From IMG/VR virus record IMGVR_UViG_3300035520_000484, positions 98,993 through 162,992 of that record: DNA of 64,000 nt, one strand, 5' to 3'. The stretch comes from a virus (taxonomy: Duplodnaviria; Heunggongvirae; Uroviricota; Caudoviricetes). Positions 45,417-54,690 of the stretch are shown here, piece by piece; within the stretch, counting starts at the first letter, position 1, and each line of letters opens with the position of its first letter. A model generated the notes under the pieces. That model worked only from the letters and a program-made list of their open reading frames with translations. It was not told where the DNA came from and did not search any database. A program made the position numbers and the translations under genes.

Positions 45417-45652
45417 ATTATTTAATTAAATATTAATTTAATACTTATTTAGAGTTTGAATTACTACCAGCTTTTTACGTAAGTTTCTAATGACATTCCC
45501 AATCTTTTAAAGCTTGTTTATTCATATATTTAATAAGAAGATTTTTAATCTCCTTATTTTGCTCTTTAATATTATCTAATTTTAATAATATATAAGCAAG
45601 TATTAATCCTAATAATATTCCAATTATTATCATTGTTATTTATTTTAATTAG

Positions 45653-45729
45653 CCTCGGATGATGGATTCGAACCACCGACCTCTAGTATCAAATCTAATA
45701 CTAGCGAGCTGACCTCTCTCCTATCCGAA
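45653..45729 (-). tRNA. Aberrant tRNA or tRNA-like gene (77 nt): good acceptor, D-arm and T-arm, but a 7-bp anticodon stem with an 8-nt loop TAGATTTG. Anticodon undetermined.
   Basis: Acceptor TTCGGAT / ATCCGAG (U1.G72). T-arm GGTGG-TTCGAAT-CCATC. Anticodon stem CTAGTAT / ATACTAG. Variable loop AGGTC. Discriminator G. Confidence 0.4.
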
Positions 45730-45990
45730 TTTAAGATTATCTCTCTTTTTCTGACTTTGATACACTTAAAAGCCCATCATTATAGAGAAATTCAGAATTT
45801 TAATCCAAACCAACAGTGTTTTTTCTAATTATAATAATTAGCGAAAGGACAAACCATTTGAGTGTTTCACTGTAGATAATCACCAATATTAACCCTTAAA
45901 AACTAGAACTCCTCGCCGGAGTTAAACCGGCACCACCTAAGGAGGTCCCAAATCGCTTGAGGAGTTAATTTTATAACCAACAAAAAACAG

Positions 45991-46063
45991 TGTTCTAGCT
46001 AGGGCTTGAACCTAGAACCTCCTGTGTATAAGACAGCTGCGCTAACCATTGCGCCACTAGAAC
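45991..46063 (-). tRNA. tRNA-Ile (anticodon UAU).
   Basis: Acceptor GTTCTAG / CTAGAAC. D-arm GCGC-AATGGTTA-GCGC. Anticodon stem GCTGT / ACAGG with loop CTTATAC. T-arm CTAGG-TTCAAGC-CCTAG. Confidence 0.75.
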
Positions 46064-46114
46064 AAATTTAGCTTTGTTTTAAAGTAGTAAAGCTATAAAA
46101 CTACTATCTTTAGA

Positions 46115-46282
46115 TTAGTCTAGACAAATTGTGTCAGTGACTACCTCAGTTACCGTATCAGAGGATACTGTATCAACCATTACAGAATCAGTAGTTTCTT
46201 CACTCGTTGCTGTTTCAGAAGGACGACAAGCAACAAAAGCTGTACTAAAGATAAGCGCACAAAACAAAATTAACTTTTTCAT
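46115..46282 (-). CDS. Small secreted or lipoprotein-like peptide (55 aa).
   Basis: MKKLILFCALIFSTAFVACRPSETATSEETTDS... has a signal peptide with lipobox-like AFVAC. Below the ORF-track size cutoff. Confidence 0.3.
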   Translation of the reverse strand: MKKLILFCALIFSTAFVACRPSETATSEETTDSVMVDTVSSDTVTEVVTDTICLD

Positions 46283-46316
46283 ATCCATTTAAATTTAAGT
46301 TAAACAATAAAGTTAG

Positions 46317-46388
46317 TTGTCTCATCAGGATTTGAACCTGAAATAGCAGAACCAAAATCTGCTGTGTTGCCGATTACACCATGAGACA
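46317..46388 (-). tRNA. tRNA-Gln (anticodon UUG).
   Basis: Acceptor TGTCTCA / TGAGACA. D-arm GTGT-AATCGGCA-ACAC. Anticodon stem GCAGA / TCTGC with loop TTTTGGT. T-arm TCAGG-TTCAAAT-CCTGA. Confidence 0.75.
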
Positions 46389-49300
46389 AAAATGATAAGC
46401 TATATATAATAAATATTCATTACAAACAATAACTAAAACTAAATCAAAAACCTTCTCATCCGTCAAAAACTAAAACACTCTCCAGTTATCAGCCTTCTCC
46501 GAGTCATTGAAATGTGGATTTGAAGCAAGTTTTTTCTATACCAAGAAAAAATTATATAAATTCAGATGTTATTTCAGTATAAGAATATTTATTATATATA
46601 CTCATCTTAGTTTTGGTACAATAACCTCAGTCTAAGATTTACTTATCCTTACCCAAACTGTTGATTTGGGTGTAAATGTTCTTTAGATCATCAGGAATTA
46701 CAATCTTAAGTGATTGAATATATTCTTTACGACCTTGAACATATGAATTATAGCTACAGTTAATCTCGTTAACCTTCGCTCTAAATTCTTCATTGTACTT
46801 AGAGTTGTTAGCAAGAGCTTTTGCTCTCACATCTTGAATAGCTTTCTCACACTCAAACTTCATGACATTAAGTTGAGCTTGATACTCGCGATGCTTTTTC
46901 TGCAATTCAAAATATTGCTTTTCAACATCATCAATAGATACAGAAGGAACATAATGATATACTAGTGTATCACGTCCATTCTCCTGTACCTTACAAGGAG
47001 TAATTACTGCATCTTGCAGTTCTTCACGAGCTTCAGCATATTTACCATCAGGATGAATATACTGACCAAGAACAGCAGCTTGAGTCTGAAGATAGTAATA
47101 CTTGTTTCTATCTTTAATAGATAGAGAATCAAAATATTCTTCTTCTGTAAGAAGAGACTCATCCAACTTAGGTTCAGGATATTCTAAGCCAACTTGCTTA
47201 CAATATTCTTTAACAGTCAGACGATCTAAGTCTTGAACCATCTTATTACGATACTTAATTGCTTCTCGCAACCAAGCAATCAACGACTTAGCTTCTGCGA
47301 TGTCAGCAATAATTTTAGGTATCTTATCAAGAGAATTGACACCTTTATTAATTACTGTTTCATCAGAACTACCAATCAAAGAGATTGTAGTTGTGACAAA
47401 ATTTAGTTTATCAAGAGCAGCCATACGATTACGTACATACTCTTTTGCAAGGTCAGCAATATGATTAGCTGATGTTGAGGTGAGGCCTTTCTCACCAAAG
47501 AAATTTGGATTCATTGAATTACGTTTTTAATTGTTAAACCTACACCTAAAAATGGTGCAGTTGTTTCTATCTCATTTAATAACTCTTTAGTTACAGAATT
47601 AAATAGAAGAGCATTTTCTATTCTGTTTGTAAAGCTGACAAACTCTTCATCATTCCTTGAAAGGAATAATCCGAATTTATTTTGTATTACTAGCATTTCT
47701 GATTAACGTATTGCAAATATACATATTCTAACATCTAAGTCAAAAGAAATAAATGTTAAAATATGTATATTTTATTAGAAAGGAGATTAATTTACTCTCT
47801 TGTAATAGTTAGCGTAAATCCGCTCCAAACCTTCAGGTTTCATCCATTCAGTAAATGGAGCGAATTTCCAAGTTGACCTAGATGTTCTTACAATCCAAGT
47901 TGACTTTCTGAACTCTGCCAGAAAATGATTGTTAGTTGGAAGACCACAGCATCTTAGAATATACTGTAATTCTTCCTTATCTAGATTGTCATCCTTATAG
48001 AATAACTTGAAGTTATTCAAGGATTTGATATGCTTTGTGGCTTGAAACCTATAAGGTTTCTTCACATTCTTGAAATTATAGACTTGCGTCAACATCTCGT
48101 TTTATGGCATTTAGATTACTAATAAGATGATTTCGATATTGTTCTATGATACAGGGTTCTACACCATTCTTCTCCCATGTAGGAATATTAAATGTCCAAA
48201 GACCGTTAATATTTCCAAGATACACTTCTTCAGGTTTCATATGAAGTATATCTTTAGTACGGAACATTCCATACTCATTAGGTCCAATGTTAGCATTACG
48301 AATCCCTGTAGCCCATATATCAAGATGAGCTTTATAAATACCTCTTAAAGTCTTTAACTCTTTTAAGGTATTTATATAGTTATCAATCTTATTAATAAGG
48401 TAATACTTACGATTTACCTTAAGAGCTGCTTCACGTTTTTGGTCTATAAAAGCACCAACTCCCATTACTATCATTACGAGTAATAACAGGATACAAATGA
48501 TTTCCATTGTCATTTATTCAAATGTATGCCATTTACCATCTCTATACCAATAACACCTTTCTGTAGTAAGGATTCCTCCAAACTTATTTACAGTAATAGA
48601 TATACTTGGTGGTAGATCTGGAAATTGATTTTTAAGTTGAGTAAGTAGTTCATCTTTATGTGATTCCACATAAGATGCTAACCCTTTGTAAGCATCACAA
48701 AGGCGAGATTGAAGAAGTTCAACTTCTTCTTTATTTACTTTGTTTAACATGTTTACGACTTCTTAGTTCATGTTCAAACAATCGAAGATATTCAGGCCTC
48801 CAAGTACCATTAGATTTATAGATTTTATGAATACAGTTTTTAATGTAATCAGTATCCATATCTTTAATGGCATGAAGATTACCTTCTATATCTTCCCACA
48901 GACAATTTTCTAACTGGAATTGGTAGGATTCTTCAGCATCAAGTGCTAAATCTTCCATACCAAACCAGTCTTGTTCTTCAGCCCAACTCATTCAAAGACA
49001 TATCTAACGTTAGCTGTATCAACGAGTCGGAATATGTAATTACTATGTGTATCTTCTTCAATACGAAGTTCACACATTGTGCTGAACTTAATTGCAGTAC
49101 GGAATGCATCCATATATGCAAAGAAACGTTCAATACTATTACGCTTGAAGGATTCATATTTAAAACCATTGCCTATTGTTGCGAGAATTTCGTCAACTAA
49201 GGCAATTCCAATTAAGCCAGGATTCTCTGCTAAATCCTGCATTGGAACTTTCCAGCTTTCTATTTCAGCTGGGATTTTCTTTAGATTTTTCATTTTTATA

Positions 49301-50812
49301 AGGGTTTTATAATGCTAAAATTGCAACAAATGCAAATGCTATGTATAAAGCAAAGCATATCTTAGCAGATTTAACTTTCAGTTCTTGATTATCACCTACT
49401 AAATCTTCGATGATAGAATCAATGACGGAATGTATTGTACTTACTATTAAACCAAGAAATAGTAAGACAATACACACCTTCATTATATAGAATATTACCA
49501 CAGCCATAATAATGTGAAGAACATCACTCCTGCCAATATAGCAGGAGCAATGTAATATACATTACGAGATTTCCAATGTTTCATTTCAGTTGAGAATTTA
49601 CATAATCTGCATACGCTTTAAGAAATTCATCAATTCCTAGATAATATGCAACACCATACTTCTTAGCACGTTGTACAAAACATTTCCATGTTAAGTACTC
49701 GCCGATAATCGCTTCCTTGTTTTCAGGACAAGCGAAGTAACGGGAAAAGTTACAGTGCAACTGATCCCAGAGAGATGAGTGAATACCAAAGGCTTCACAT
49801 AAACCTTCATATTCTCTATGTAGTATTTCTTTATTCATAATTAATTTGGGTTTGTGTTTTACACCTAAAACTCTCATGCACATCGGCAAAGTTAGTAATA
49901 TCATGAATACTTTATCACTAACATGAGAGAAACTGGTGCCCTCAACATCTTGGGAAGTTATTGAGTTTTTTAATTTGCTCGTCTTTCCGAGCTGCTAACT
50001 ATCACATTGTATCATTAATACAGGAAAACCTATTCACATACGGTTTATTACTAAGGAATGTGGTACCCCAACCTGTTTTAAACACTAATGACCCCAATAC
50101 GCAGAAATAGTATAGCCAGTTCTTACTACTGCGAGAGTGGTATTGAGACCTTAGATTGATTTAACTTGGATTTCAAAAATATACCAATCATCTCCACCTT
50201 TATGAAAAGCTATATGTTCTTTAGCTTCTTCAAGAGTATTGTAAATACGAACGAGGTTGTCATTGTGGCATACCATATATCCAGATTTGAGTTCTGATGT
50301 TTTCATTGTTTTGTTGTTTTTTGGGTTATACTTCTGTTTCGTCGCAATTTTCAGCGACTCATCAGGTGTCTAATGACACGACAGAACTTAACTACTTTCA
50401 CAAGCAATTAAGTGTATAATTATTCCAAATCATGACCTCCTTAATAAAGGAGGTTTCGTCCTAGTCTCATCAGATGATATTTTAAGGTCTCCTAGGCTGA
50501 CCATAGAAATTTTCTATAATAAGAAAATTTTTAACTTATACGAATAAGTGAATAAATGTGCATACCTATATAGTCCTCGAATGACTGAGGAATTTTATAG
50601 AATGTACATTTGGGAATTAAAGGTGGGTGGTGGGTATAGACCCCCTTAATCGAAGATCCAGCCTATCACCAACCACCTTTTACCAACAATACGAAGCAAC
50701 CAATACCCAACTTTGCCTAACCAGCTATCAGGCAATACTTGAGTATGGTAAAGATTCCCATCATCATCACGAAGAAGGGAATCTTTAATCATAGTTGCTC
50801 TACAACACCGCA

Positions 50813-51340
50813 TTAGCGGCGTCTGTTATTACTCGGAGTCTCCTCTACAATATCCAAAGTGAGAATATTGTAGACTTTTGTCTCATCGACCTTACCAAAG
50901 GCAAAACCTTTGACAGGTGTCACCCTGGACACCTTGATAGTCTTACCCTTAAGACGGCTCATACCCTTCTCAACGGTACCTTCCTTACGGAACTCCTCAG
51001 TGGCTGAACCAGAGGTAACCACACGATTACCTGTAAGCTCCAACAGACCATTAACTTCACGAACCTCAGATGTAGACTTCGTGAAAGTTGACGGGAAGAA
51101 CTTCTTCACAGCTCCAAGAGAGGTGTTGACGAAGATGTATTCTGCCGAGTTTACTCGATCTCCAGACTTGATGTGCGTCTCATACACATCATACTCAGAC
51201 GGGATCTCGAAGGTCTCACCTTCAACGAAGCCAGGATTGTCGAGACTACGAATGGCCTTAGAGAAGCCAGCTACCTTGGTATCACCACCTTTGGTTGCAC
51301 GTTCTACTTCGATTGCCATAGCTGTTGCCATTTCCGACAT
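50813..51340 (-). CDS. Hypothetical protein (GC-rich island).
   Basis: 175-aa ORF. Its protein-like composition is favoured over the S/T/P/R-rich antisense ORF 50910-51356. Confidence 0.45.
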   Translation of the reverse strand: MSEMATAMAIEVERATKGGDTKVAGFSKAIRSLDNPGFVEGETFEIPSEYDVYETHIKSGDRVNSAEYIFVNTSLGAVKKFFPSTFTKSTSEVREVNGLLELTGNRVVTSGSATEEFRKEGTVEKGMSRLKGKTIKVSRVTPVKGFAFGKVDETKVYNILTLDIVEETPSNNRRR

Positions 51341-51585
51341 GATATTGTACGGTTAACCTATACACCATAAGGTTGTAAAATGAGTGCTATACACTCAACA
51401 ATAATCCGCGAAATTAACTAATATGTATACCTCGCTCGCGGAAATACGAAGTATACATATGGAGAATCTGAACATATGTCAGACCACCATTCGAATCTAT
51501 GGCTATACACATGGCTGGGTTTACTCCCGAAGGGAGTTTTTAATATTTGTTAACGTTCCGTTAACATTCAATTCCTATAGCCACA

Positions 51586-51632
51586 CAAAAAAAATATCCA
51601 ATTATCGCAACTTGGAATTACGATAATTGGAT
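51586..51632 (-). terminator. Strong rho-independent terminator after gene 51642-51929.
   Basis: 12-bp perfect stem ATCCAATTATCG / CGATAATTGGAT followed on the minus strand by TTTTTTTT. Confidence 0.75.
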
Positions 51633-51641
51633 AGATTTGTT

Positions 51642-51929
51642 TTATTGAGGGTAAATAGCGTTACCTTCTCCGTCTGTCATAAATGGAGAAAACACGTTTG
51701 AAGTTTCTTCGGGGTGAAGTGCTAACTTACTAATGAAGTCCCACGTTTTACGCAAGACTTCATCAGTTACTTTCTGTCGGTCAAAATAACCGACACTCTT
51801 TCCGTTTTTGTAGGTGAGTAGTTTCTCGATTGGCTTTAATAGCTCGTTGGTGAGTGCTATGCGGTCGATTGTAGAAAGTTCTACATTTAAGCCACAAATA
51901 GCTTCGCGGGTGATTTCGGTTGCTTTCAT
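51642..51929 (-). CDS. Hypothetical protein (GC-rich island).
   Basis: 95-aa ORF with an 8-bp inverted repeat (cccacgat...atcgtggg) upstream and a terminator downstream. Confidence 0.45.
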   Translation of the reverse strand: MKATEITREAICGLNVELSTIDRIALTNELLKPIEKLLTYKNGKSVGYFDRQKVTDEVLRKTWDFISKLALHPEETSNVFSPFMTDGEGNAIYPQ

Positions 51930-52116
51930 TTCTGTTTTGTTTTGTTGGGGTTAATGGATACGAGAAAAACTGCTCCCACGATATTAAATAATAAATCGTG
52001 GGGCAGTGGTGGGGTGCTAACTACTTAGAAAGTACCCAATCTTGAAATTGTTCAACGGTTAACACTGTACCGTTGATTTCTATTAATTCTTTCATAATAG
52101 ATTATTTAAGGGTGAA

Positions 52117-52167
52117 ACATTTAGTTTTTTAAAAACGCTAACAACACAATATAATAAATATAAAGTG
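52117..52167 (-). terminator. Rho-independent terminator after gene 52186-52887.
   Basis: 9-bp stem ACGCTAACA / TGTTAGCGT followed by a T-run on the minus strand. Confidence 0.6.
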
Positions 52168-52185
52168 CTGTTAGCGTATTTCCTA

Positions 52186-52887
52186 TTAGATTAATTCATA
52201 ATCTGAATAGGTAGACGGGTAGAACGTTAATCCCTTTGTGTCGGTGTCGTACTTTGTGCTTAGACAAGAGTGCGTTACCACCTTGATAGTCCTACACTCG
52301 CTGTAGAGCTTTTCAAACAATTTGTCAAGCTCGAATTGCTTAACAAATTCGTTTTTTCCGTTGATGCATTCTGCTGCAAGTTCGCGTACTTTGGCAACAA
52401 AACTGCCTTCTAACTGGGTAGTCTTGCTTTCGCTGAGCCATATGCGCTTTGTAACAAGTGATTTAAGGCTCATTGAATGTATGCTCCCGTTGGCACGTTG
52501 CCAATGTATGGCAATGTATTCGTGCCCTTTGTAGGAGTCATGGCGTTCGTTTGACGGCTTTTCAACGATTGTAAGTATTTCACCGTCGTTTAAACCTTGA
52601 TTACCGCTAAAAGCGTTGGCGCGAAGATTAGTATCGCGGTCGTTTGCGGCGTTGGTTACAGTTGCACTTTCGGCAACATTAGCCGTTTTTGTGGGTTCGG
52701 CTTTAACCCTGTTGTTTCTGGAATTTCCCATAAAGCAAAAAGATTTGGAATAATGCCTAAAATCCGTAGGCGCGGTATCGGAAATAAGCGGAGCCGATGC
52801 GCAACTACACCCAACAGGGTACAGTCGATAGACTGTATCACTCTTGCCTTGGCTGAGTTTACCTTTAAGACCCCAGGGGGGTCGCAA
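52186..52887 (-). CDS. Hypothetical protein (GC-rich island). The true start may be the internal Met (MGNSRNN...).
   Basis: 233-aa ORF with GC-rich codons. Confidence 0.4.
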   Translation of the reverse strand: MRPPWGLKGKLSQGKSDTVYRLYPVGCSCASAPLISDTAPTDFRHYSKSFCFMGNSRNNRVKAEPTKTANVAESATVTNAANDRDTNLRANAFSGNQGLNDGEILTIVEKPSNERHDSYKGHEYIAIHWQRANGSIHSMSLKSLVTKRIWLSESKTTQLEGSFVAKVRELAAECINGKNEFVKQFELDKLFEKLYSECRTIKVVTHSCLSTKYDTDTKGLTFYPSTYSDYELI

Positions 52888-53049
52888 AAGGTACCTGTAC
52901 CCTCCCCCTCCTAACTCACAAAATTTTTTTCATCTAGAAAATTTTTCAATTTGAAATTGATTTCCAATTACTATGGGGAGGGGGTTAATTATATTAGATA
53001 GGAATTTACTATAACTCCTTGAAAATCAGACACTTATAAAGATTTTTAT

Positions 53050-53115
53050 TTTCTACAGCGCAATAATATTTTCTGTAGGACAATAATATTTTTTGTAGAG
53101 CAATACTATTTTGCT
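53050..53115 (+). repeat. Three tandem roughly 22-bp iterons upstream of the RepL-like gene (putative replication origin).
   Basis: ttctacagcgcaataatatttt / ctgtaggacaataatatttttt / gtagagcaatactattttgc. Followed by an AT-rich 12-bp inverted repeat (aaatattttattt...aaataaaatatt). Confidence 0.6.
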
Positions 53116-53130
53116 CCAGAAATATTTTAT

Positions 53131-53161
53131 TTTGAATATTGGAAATAAAATATTATATTTG
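53131..53161 (+). promoter_or_regulatory. Bacteroidota-type promoter (TTTG at -33, TATATTTG at -7) for the RepL-like gene.
   Basis: TTTGaatattggaaataaaatatTATATTTG with 19-nt spacing, about 20 nt upstream of ATG 53181. Confidence 0.5.
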
Positions 53162-53180
53162 ATAAAAATTAATAAATACT

Positions 53181-53618
53181 ATGTATCAGCAAACTAATAC
53201 TCGTGAAATTGTAGATTGTGAAACAGGTGAAGTTAAAATAGTTGAGACTTCTAAAGTATTCACTGCAAAAGTAAGTTCAGATTCCTTTTATATGACATTT
53301 GTAGATTATCTAAGTCCTATCTTTCAATTGAAATCGGATGCTGCTAAAACTTTATTAGTATGGTTATGCAAACACGCTGACTTTAATACTGGAGTTGTAT
53401 CTATTTCTCCTGCCGATAGAAAACAGATATGCATAGAATTGAATATTACTAATTCAACTATCAGTAACAACTTAAAAAAGCTGGTAGAATTAAAACTCAT
53501 TTCCGGAAATGGAGGAAGATATTTAATTAATCCCCAAGTCTTCTGGAAGGGGGATCTTAAAGAAAGAACTAAACTACTTAAAGATAAAGAGATTCAAATA
53601 ACATTCTCTATAGATTAA
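53181..53618 (+). CDS. repL: RepL-like plasmid/phage replication initiation protein.
   Basis: Architecture and motifs resemble firmicute RepL: VDCETGEVKIVE..., central LLVWLCKHADFNTGVVSIS, wHTH ICIELNITNSTISNNLKKLVELKLISG, and the ending GGRYLINPQVFWKGD. Iterons lie immediately upstream. Confidence 0.6.
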   Translation: MYQQTNTREIVDCETGEVKIVETSKVFTAKVSSDSFYMTFVDYLSPIFQLKSDAAKTLLVWLCKHADFNTGVVSISPADRKQICIELNITNSTISNNLKKLVELKLISGNGGRYLINPQVFWKGDLKERTKLLKDKEIQITFSID

Positions 53619-53699
53619 TAACACTTTTTAACACATATCTTATTGCATATTCAACTTAGAGATAGTATATTTGCAATGTAATTAAAAATTAAATTTAAA

Positions 53700-54089
53700 A
53701 TGAATATTGAAAGACTTTTTGAACTTGCGCTAAAAAATCCTGAACATATAGAAATTGAATATTCTAATGTAAATGGTAAAGAGAAACTAATAGTAAATGG
53801 TGAAGATGTGACTGAAGGTGAAGTATTCGATGATACTAAAACTAAAGAACTTGTAAAAACATATAAAGATAATATTGAAGAACTTGATGATGATACTTTT
53901 GTAGAAGCAGTTGAAAAAATGGATGAACACATGAATATGTATGATTTTGACCAACTTCTTAATAAAGAATCATATACCTTTTATGAAGATGTTCAAATTA
54001 CAGAAATGATTGATGTTGCTAATAGTATTATTAAGCGAGTTATTTCTGATAAAATAAATGATCTTTTTAACCTTAGAGCCAGATTCTAA
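53700..54089 (+). CDS. Acidic hypothetical protein.
   Basis: Intact 129-aa ORF in the plus-strand module. Confidence 0.4.
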   Translation: MNIERLFELALKNPEHIEIEYSNVNGKEKLIVNGEDVTEGEVFDDTKTKELVKTYKDNIEELDDDTFVEAVEKMDEHMNMYDFDQLLNKESYTFYEDVQITEMIDVANSIIKRVISDKINDLFNLRARF

Positions 54090-54117
54090 ACATAGTGGGA
54101 ATCTTTCCCACTAATAC

Positions 54118-54191
54118 TGCCCAATAGTATAAAGGTTTAATTACGACGCACTCTAAATGCGAAAATAACAGTTCGAGTCTGTTTTGGGCGA
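54118..54191 (+). tRNA. Amber suppressor tRNA (anticodon CUA), reading UAG.
   Basis: Acceptor TGCCCAA / TTGGGCG. D-arm GTA-TAAAGGTTTAAT-TAC. Anticodon stem ACGCA / TGCGA with loop CTCTAAA (C32 U33 C34 U35 A36 A37 A38). T-arm AACAG-TTCGAGT-CTGTT. Discriminator A. Preceded by the hairpin AGTGGGA-atct-TTCCCACT. Confidence 0.8.
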
Positions 54192-54193
54192 CT

Positions 54194-54475
54194 ATGAACA
54201 TATCTTTTATTTATAATAGAAAACTTTATCAACCTAAGAATCCAGAAAAGAAATTAAAGCAATTAGGAATTACTTGGGATGATGTAAAAATTATTAATAA
54301 CAAATCTAATGAAATTAAAGAAGAATATGAAGATCCAAACAGATTATACTATTTTATAAATCCGAAAACTGGATGGTCTATAACTTCTATAAATCCAGTA
54401 TGTAAATATGATGATTATGAACAATGTACTAAAGAAACTTTAGAAACTTACTGGTCTCAAAACAGGAAAGTTTGA
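54194..54475 (+). CDS. Hypothetical protein.
   Basis: Intact 93-aa ORF immediately after the suppressor tRNA. Confidence 0.35.
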   Translation: MNISFIYNRKLYQPKNPEKKLKQLGITWDDVKIINNKSNEIKEEYEDPNRLYYFINPKTGWSITSINPVCKYDDYEQCTKETLETYWSQNRKV

Positions 54476-54649
54476 TAATGATAAGAATAGAGTTTATAAT
54501 ATGTGTCAAATGTCTATTCTAATGTTAGAAGGAATCTGGAATGAAATAGAAGAGCTAGGACTTAAAGATGAACAAATGGTACTCGATTGGCTTGACCATA
54601 TAAATGAAATATCTGTAAGAAATTAAATTTTTATTATGTTATATAGCAA

Positions 54650-54690
54650 GAAACCCGACATGGAAATGATTCCGTGCCGGGTTTTATTAT
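54650..54690. terminator. Bidirectional hairpin terminator at the convergence of the plus-strand module and the minus-strand late operon.
   Basis: aaaCCCGaCAtggaaatgattccgTGcCGGGtttt. T-runs on both strands. Confidence 0.55.

Larger units (their letters stand above)
49905..52915 (-). other. GC-rich compositional island (about 45% GC against about 28% background) with three genes of unknown function, each followed by a strong terminator. Probably horizontally acquired (host-like GC).
   Basis: Visible shift in base composition and codon usage (GCC, GGC, ACG, CGT). Long ORFs open on both strands, typical of higher GC. Bounded on the right by a G/C-tract inverted repeat. Confidence 0.6.

Noticed and set aside
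38900-46400. Suppressor tRNA(CUA) within the main minus-strand tRNA cluster.
   Set aside because: Cluster members fold as Leu(UAA), Ile(UAU), Gln(UUG), a type II UCU tRNA and aberrant tRNA-likes. None has a CUA anticodon. The suppressor is instead on the plus strand at 54118-54191.
50910-51356. Plus-strand 148-aa ORF overlapping minus gene 50813-51340.
   Set aside because: S/T/P/L/R-rich composition typical of an antisense read through GC-rich coding DNA. The minus-strand partner has protein-like composition and a downstream terminator.
52020-52095. Small minus-strand ORF (MKELIEINGTVLTVEQFQDWVLSK) ending in TAG.
   Set aside because: Read-through of its TAG gives non-protein-like sequence until a distant TGA. 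It is probably non-coding, or TAG acts as its stop. Too short to call.
49900-53000. Diversity-generating retroelement (common in crAss-like phages) as the explanation for the GC island.
   Set aside because: No reverse-transcriptase motif (YxDD) in any frame in the window. No template/variable repeat pair found by eye.
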